Source: Candidatus Micrarchaeota archaeon
Lineage (GTDB): Archaea > B1Sed10-29
Direction: 5' to 3'
Length of the DNA: 29,140 nucleotides
NCBI GenBank assembly: GCA_964388265.1
Contig: CAYLXZ010000009.1
Span: forward strand, 1 to 29,140
In this document: positions 24,956 through 29,140 of the stretch, in pieces
How the letters are laid out: every line of letters starts with the position of its first letter
How positions within the stretch are numbered: the stretch's first letter is position 1
Notes under the pieces: model-generated
The model's database searches: none
What the model was told of the DNA's origin: nothing
Seen by the model: the letters and a program-made list of their open reading frames with translations, nothing else
Program-made: the position numbers and the translations under genes

Positions 24956-26008
24956 TTATCTCTTTATGATTACTCGTGTTGGGAAAGGTACGTTTATCTC
25001 TTTTTCCCGTAAGGCATCTAGAACAGCTTCCTTGGCCTTCGAAGTCTGTGTGATAACATTATAGTCCTCTTGGTTGAGCCATACTCGTCCTTCCATCACT
25101 ATTGCGGAGTCACCGAACTCTTTCATTAACACATCGGGCTCTTGGTCGGATGCTGTAGATTCCAATGATGATAAAGCGGTTTTAATGGTTGATATTGCTT
25201 CTTCCATATCTGAATCGTATCCTATTCCTACTTCAAGGCTTACTCTACGTGTTTCTTCGGCTGTGTAGTTCAGGACAGGGTTGTTCGCTACGGAGGAGTT
25301 CGGTATAGTAACTACCTTGTTGTCGAACTTCTTTATCTCCGTGGTTCTAAGCCCCATGTCAGTTACCTCTCCTACCTCTCCCTTGATCTCTATCATATCA
25401 CCTATCTGGAAAGGTTTGTCTATAGCTATGAATATACCTGATAAAGTGTTTGACACGAGGTCCTTGGCTCCAAAACCGATAACGAGTCCGATTACTCCGG
25501 CTCCTGCTAAAGCCGTGGTTATAGCCCCATCCAACCCAAATATTGAGAGCGCGATAAATAGCCCAATCACGTAGATGGATATAGTGAGCATCTTGGTGAG
25601 GATACTTCCTTTCTTAACATCCACATCATTGATCTTTTTATCCACTTTCTTTATTGAGGGCTTGAGAGCCGCTATAGCCATCTTTATCCCGAAGAACAGT
25701 AGCACGAGCTGGAATAATGGATTTCTATGTATTAGAGTGAATCCCACTATATAGAAAGCTAGGTACAGTACTGCTAGGTAAACACCCCATTCCAGTATCT
25801 TTGAGAACTCTTTCTTGGTGTTTTCATCGAAATCTAGGACGATTATCTTATCTATCTTTTCATCGAACCAGTAAGGGAGCTTCGGAAGCACGTAAACTGC
25901 TATTATTCCCGCGAGAGCAAGTAAACCGAGTTTAATCCCTGTTAATACCGTGAAAGTTTCTGGAAGAGATCCAGAGTAAAATCCACTTAGGAATATCGAG
26001 GAATCCAT
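24956..26008 (-). CDS. mscS: Small-conductance mechanosensitive channel (MscS family)
   Basis: GAGVIGLVIGFGAKDLVSN, PFQIGDMI, G.V..MGLRTT, TIPNS, FGDSAI, VPFPTR. Confidence 0.95.
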   Translation of the reverse strand: MDSSIFLSGFYSGSLPETFTVLTGIKLGLLALAGIIAVYVLPKLPYWFDEKIDKIIVLDFDENTKKEFSKILEWGVYLAVLYLAFYIVGFTLIHRNPLFQLVLLFFGIKMAIAALKPSIKKVDKKINDVDVKKGSILTKMLTISIYVIGLFIALSIFGLDGAITTALAGAGVIGLVIGFGAKDLVSNTLSGIFIAIDKPFQIGDMIEIKGEVGEVTDMGLRTTEIKKFDNKVVTIPNSSVANNPVLNYTAEETRRVSLEVGIGYDSDMEEAISTIKTALSSLESTASDQEPDVLMKEFGDSAIVMEGRVWLNQEDYNVITQTSKAKEAVLDALREKEINVPFPTRVIIKR

Positions 26009-26031
26009 AGTGTTTACCTTATAGTGAAGTC

Positions 26032-26053
26032 AAGTTTAAATAAGTTTAAATAA
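26032..26053. repeat. Tandem AAGTTTAAAT x2 in divergent promoter region
   Basis: Exact 10-bp tandem repeat, each copy containing a TTTAAA TATA-like core, between mscS (-) and UPF0147/tyrS (+). Confidence 0.7.
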
Positions 26054-26110
26054 TTGTATGAATAAAACACTTATCAGACAGAACACAGAGCTATTTCTCA
26101 GGTGATAAAA

Positions 26111-26309
26111 ATGAAGGAAAAAACCAAAGAAAAACTAAAAGACGTTGAAAAAGACATAGACGAAGTTCTAGACGATGCAGACGTCCCGAAGCCGAGCAGT
26201 CTGTTTCCTGAACGAAGCCTCGGAAGACATAAACATACCCTTCCACACCCGCACAGACATAATGAACATCACATCCCAAGTCGAAGAGATAAAAGAAGAA
26301 GTAAAATAG
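26111..26309 (+). pseudogene. UPF0147-family gene with internal deletion and +1 frameshift
   Basis: Frame A (ATG 26111, SD GGTGA): MKEKTKEKLKDVEKDIDEVLDDADVP. Frame B from about 26196: AVCFLNEASEDINIPFHTRTDIMNITSQVEEIKEEVK*. These match the two ends of UPF0147 (D..VP and N.P.HTRT.I.NI.S..E); the middle helix is absent. Confidence 0.7.
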
Positions 26310-26316
26310 GATAACC

Positions 26317-27318
26317 ATGGATATCCAAGAAAAACTCCGGCTAGTGAAAAGGAACACAGAAGAAGTAGTCACAGAAGAAGAACTAAAAGAACTGCTCGAA
26401 ACCAAAGAACATCCAACAGTATACTGCGGATACGAAGTAAGCGGACCGGTTCACCTCGGAGCCATGACCACACTAATCAAACTTCGAGACTACCAAGAAG
26501 CCGGTTTAGATATAAAGATGCTTCTAGCAGACCTACATACACACCTAAACCTCAAAGGAGATCTAGAATGGATTCAGGAGATGTGCAGGTACTGGGAAGA
26601 AACCTTCAAAGCCTTTGGATTAACCGATGTAGATTACATTAAAGGTTCGAGCTATCAGACAGATCCAGATTACATGCAAGATGTGCTAGAACTATCTACG
26701 CAGGTTACAATAAACCGTGGAGAACGGAGCATGAGACAAGTTTCCAGAGGAGGCAAGACACAGGAGATATCCCAGTTAATATACCCACTAATGCAGGCTC
26801 TAGATGTACCACATCTAGATGCTGATATAGCGCACGGTGGAATAGACCAGAGAAAGGTATATATGCTTGCTCGAGATCACCTGCCAGACATAGGATATAA
26901 ATCACCGACCTCAATCTACAATAAGCTACTTATATCACTTAAAGGTCCAGATACAAAGATGAGTTCAAGCAAACCTAAGACCATGTTCCCGCTTCACGCG
27001 GATGAAGAAGAGATCGAGAACAAGATAAGCCAAGCGTACTGCCCAGAAGGAGAAGTAGATGGAAACCCGATAATAGAGATACTTGATCTCGCCGTAATGC
27101 CAATGCAAGAAAAGCTAGAAATCAGTAGACCTGAGAAGTACGGTGGAGACATAACCTATACAGATCTAAAGGAAATTAAGGAAGATTTTAAGTCAGGTGA
27201 TCTTCATCCAGCTGACCTGAAGAAAGCTACGGGCCAATCATTGATAGATATTCTAGAACCGATTAGAGAACACTTCAAGAAAAACTCCAAGTATTTAAAG
27301 CCTTTAGAAAAACTTTAG
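26317..27318 (+). CDS. tyrS: Tyrosine--tRNA ligase (archaeal type)
   Basis: VYCGYEVSGPVHLG, LLADLH, YPLMQALD, GGIDQRK, KMSSS, AYCP, RPEKYGG, LHPADLK. Confidence 0.97.
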   Translation: MDIQEKLRLVKRNTEEVVTEEELKELLETKEHPTVYCGYEVSGPVHLGAMTTLIKLRDYQEAGLDIKMLLADLHTHLNLKGDLEWIQEMCRYWEETFKAFGLTDVDYIKGSSYQTDPDYMQDVLELSTQVTINRGERSMRQVSRGGKTQEISQLIYPLMQALDVPHLDADIAHGGIDQRKVYMLARDHLPDIGYKSPTSIYNKLLISLKGPDTKMSSSKPKTMFPLHADEEEIENKISQAYCPEGEVDGNPIIEILDLAVMPMQEKLEISRPEKYGGDITYTDLKEIKEDFKSGDLHPADLKKATGQSLIDILEPIREHFKKNSKYLKPLEKL

Positions 27319-29140
27319 TTGTTTCCAAAGACTCCTTTTCTTACAACCAGGTAACATACCGCGGTTAGGAACACACCTATAACCAGAGCAGGTGTTATCC
27401 CGGGTGCGGTTGTCGTCGTAGTGGTTGCTGTTATTGTTTCTTGGGTTGTGAAGTTCCATGTATCGCTCGTGGTTGTTGTAGAGCCGTCTGTTACGTTTAC
27501 GTACCATTCGTAGATTGTGTTTGTGTCTAGTCCGCTCCAGGTGACCGAGGTGCTGGAGCCGTTGGAGACACCTGTTTGTGTGGATCCTATTTGAGAGTTA
27601 TCCAAAGCATTGTAGAATGTTACATTCATCGTGTCGTTATCTGCATCTGTCACATCTACACTCAGCGTTGGTGAGGTGCTTACTCCTGTCGCTTCATCTG
27701 AGGGTGAGGGATTAGAAACATTCGGAGGCTGGTTAGTAGGAGCCTGAATGTCATACAGATAAGGATAACCATCATTAATAGAATCTATATCCCAGATATC
27801 TTCACTCGAAGTATCATCATTTGGGTCATCTACAAAGTCCCAAGGGGATGATAAACCTGTAGTAGACGTATTCGTAAATGTGTCAACATCCTTCATCTCA
27901 CTTGTAGTCTTACCAGTACCACCAGCACTCGAAGACTGTCCACTTGTATTGGTATCCCAGAAAGAATCACTACAACTACCACCGAAACTATCTCCGATTA
28001 AACCACCAGAAGAACTACCACTCACATCTCCAATAGCATAACATCTAGAAACACCATCAGTATTATATCCAATTAAACCACCAACATCATCATAACCAGA
28101 TACAGAACCAGTCGAATAACAATCAGAAACACTATCATAATTATCTCCGATTAAACCACCAACATCATCATAACCAGATACAGAGCCAGTCGAATAACAA
28201 TCAGAAACACTACCACTATTCCTTCCGATTAAACCACCAACATGATTATCACCATTTATATCTACATTCTCCAAACCAACATCCTTAACAACCGAGCCAG
28301 AACCAGTCTCACCAAACAAACCAACATAATCCGTAGAACCTCTATCAATATATAAATCACTAATAACATATCCACTACCATTGAAACTACCGGAAAACAC
28401 AGTAGAGTCATTCCCTATTGGTTTGAATCCGTTTCCGTCCCCGTAGTCGAATTCGCTGCAGTTCACATCCTCTGTTAGTTGGTAGGTTTCGTCTAGGTCG
28501 TTTTCCATGTCTTGGAGTTGTTGGCAGGTTGATATATTAGTTGTTAGTGTGGTGAAGTTCCATGTATTGCTAGTGGTTGTTGTAGAGCCGTCTGTTACGT
28601 TTACGTACCATTCGTAGGTAGTTAGTTCATTTCTACCGCTCCAGGTGACTGAGGTGCTGGAGCCGTTGGAGACACCTGTTTGTGTGGACCCTATTTGAGA
28701 GTTATCCAAAGCATTGTAGAATGTTACATTCATCGTGTCATTATCTGCATCTGTCACTGTGACCTGAAGGGAGGGATCTAAGGACTGGCCTGTGGCTCCG
28801 TCGCCAGGGGAATTAAGAGAAATGCTAGGATCCTGATTCACAGAATACTCATAAAACGCATCACCACCCAATCCTATTTCGTATAGTTTGGAACCATCAC
28901 CCTTCCAAAACAAACCAGTAGAAGTACTATCTTGGGTTGATAGGCTTGTTCCTGTATAGCTACAGCTACCTAAACTCCAAGAATCACTACAATCATACTC
29001 ATAAAACGCATCACCACCATATCCTATTTCGTATAGTTTGGAACCATCACTCTTCCAAAACAAACCAGTAGGATCACTATCTTGGGTTGATAGGGTTGTT
29101 CCTGTATAGCTACAGCTACCTAAACTCCAAGAATCACTAC
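27315..29140 (-). CDS. Modular cell-surface protein (5'-truncated): 50-aa propeller-like repeats, Ig/Fn3-like domain, GLUG beta-helix, second Ig/Fn3-like domain, Thr linker, PGF-CTERM-like anchor
   Basis: Frame stays open from 29063 to the window end. GLUG-type repeats VGGLIG.N...VSDCYSTGSVSG; many N-x-S/T sequons; C-terminus TTTTTTAPGI-TM-RK. Confidence 0.85.
   Translation of the reverse strand, partial: SDSWSLGSCSYTGTTLSTQDSDPTGLFWKSDGSKLYEIGYGGDAFYEYDCSDSWSLGSCSYTGTSLSTQDSTSTGLFWKGDGSKLYEIGLGGDAFYEYSVNQDPSISLNSPGDGATGQSLDPSLQVTVTDADNDTMNVTFYNALDNSQIGSTQTGVSNGSSTSVTWSGRNELTTYEWYVNVTDGSTTTTSNTWNFTTLTTNISTCQQLQDMENDLDETYQLTEDVNCSEFDYGDGNGFKPIGNDSTVFSGSFNGSGYVISDLYIDRGSTDYVGLFGETGSGSVVKDVGLENVDINGDNHVGGLIGRNSGSVSDCYSTGSVSGYDDVGGLIGDNYDSVSDCYSTGSVSGYDDVGGLIGYNTDGVSRCYAIGDVSGSSSGGLIGDSFGGSCSDSFWDTNTSGQSSSAGGTGKTTSEMKDVDTFTNTSTTGLSSPWDFVDDPNDDTSSEDIWDIDSINDGYPYLYDIQAPTNQPPNVSNPSPSDEATGVSTSPTLSVDVTDADNDTMNVTFYNALDNSQIGSTQTGVSNGSSTSVTWSGLDTNTIYEWYVNVTDGSTTTTSDTWNFTTQETITATTTTTTAPGITPALVIGVFLTAVCYLVVRKGVFGNN
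27448..28757. repeat. Near-identical 206-bp intragenic direct repeat (27448-27653 and 28552-28757)
   Basis: Both copies encode VTDADNDTMNVTFYNALDNSQIGSTQTGVSNGSSTSVTWSG...YEWYVNVTDGSTTTTS.TWNFT, with no indels. Confidence 0.92.
27994..28240. repeat. GLUG-type tandem repeats (75-78 nt period)
   Basis: CC(G/A)ATTAAACCACCA recurs at about 27994, 28069, 28147 and 28225. Confidence 0.85.
28845..29140. repeat. 150-nt tandem repeat (50-aa unit), continuing past the window edge
   Basis: 28845-28990 matches 28995-29140 almost base for base; unit CSDSWSLGSCSYTGT.LSTQDS..TGLFWK.DGSKLYEIG.GGDAFYEY. Confidence 0.92.

Noticed and set aside
26102..26314. 70-aa His-rich ORF as a metal-binding peptide
   Set aside because: The His-rich part is the wrong-frame reading of the UPF0147 C-terminal half.
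26440..26470. TyrRS HIGH motif reads HLGA
   Set aside because: The tyrosine-pocket residues (Y, YxxxQxxD, GGxDQ) and KMSSS are intact; a single motif variant is not evidence of altered function.
567..27507. Numerous antisense and alternate-frame ORFs in the track (F/S/L-rich or R/K/N-rich, e.g. 7596-8186, 9224-9898, 10297-10770, 14479-15216, 23921-24490)
   Set aside because: They are shadows of real genes; the extreme strand bias removes stop codons from other frames, and none has a recognisable motif.
28845..29140. 150-nt and 78-nt periodic repeats considered as a CRISPR array or DGR template/variable repeats
   Set aside because: Units are in-frame protein repeats without unique spacers; differences are not adenine-specific and no cas or reverse transcriptase gene is in the window.

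Overview
Core-genome window from an AT-rich archaeon whose proteins are Glu/Lys-rich (possibly salt-adapted; lineage not determinable from the sequence alone). Left end: a minus-strand cluster for the modified archaeal mevalonate route (UbiD-type decarboxylase plus both AcnX-type phosphomevalonate dehydratase subunits). Then gltX, a type-1 idi, and the conserved archaeal superoperon rpl7ae-rps28e-rpl24e-ndk-infB-rps6e-eif2g-PIN-ppa-rpoE1-spt4-rps24e-rps27ae-(CPBP)-kae1-(DUF429)-bud32. Next come rps15-rps3ae-DUF92-carS, tRNA-Gln(UUG), a minus-strand block (mscS, SNAP/TPR-like membrane protein, tgtA, secF, secD, KaiC-like ATPase) with an embedded antisense DUF131 gene, a broken UPF0147 gene, tyrS, and the 3' part of a modular surface protein. 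The most interesting signals are non-coding or translational. (1) An orphan TnpB-type omega/sot-like RNA scaffold with its own TATA box and no tnpB; its end supplies the bud32 stop codon and its putative guide is antisense to the bud32 3' end. (2) An aIF2-gamma gene with no AUG/GUG/UUG before its GTP-binding motif, apparently starting at AUA; a second SD-led AUA ORF precedes gltX. (3) A duplicated uORF/SD-hairpin leader before rps28e and ndk (with a k-loop in the first copy), plus a k-turn in the rpl7ae leader. (4) eS6 fused to an acidic tail and a C2H2 zinc finger. All family assignments come from motif recognition by eye; no searches were run.
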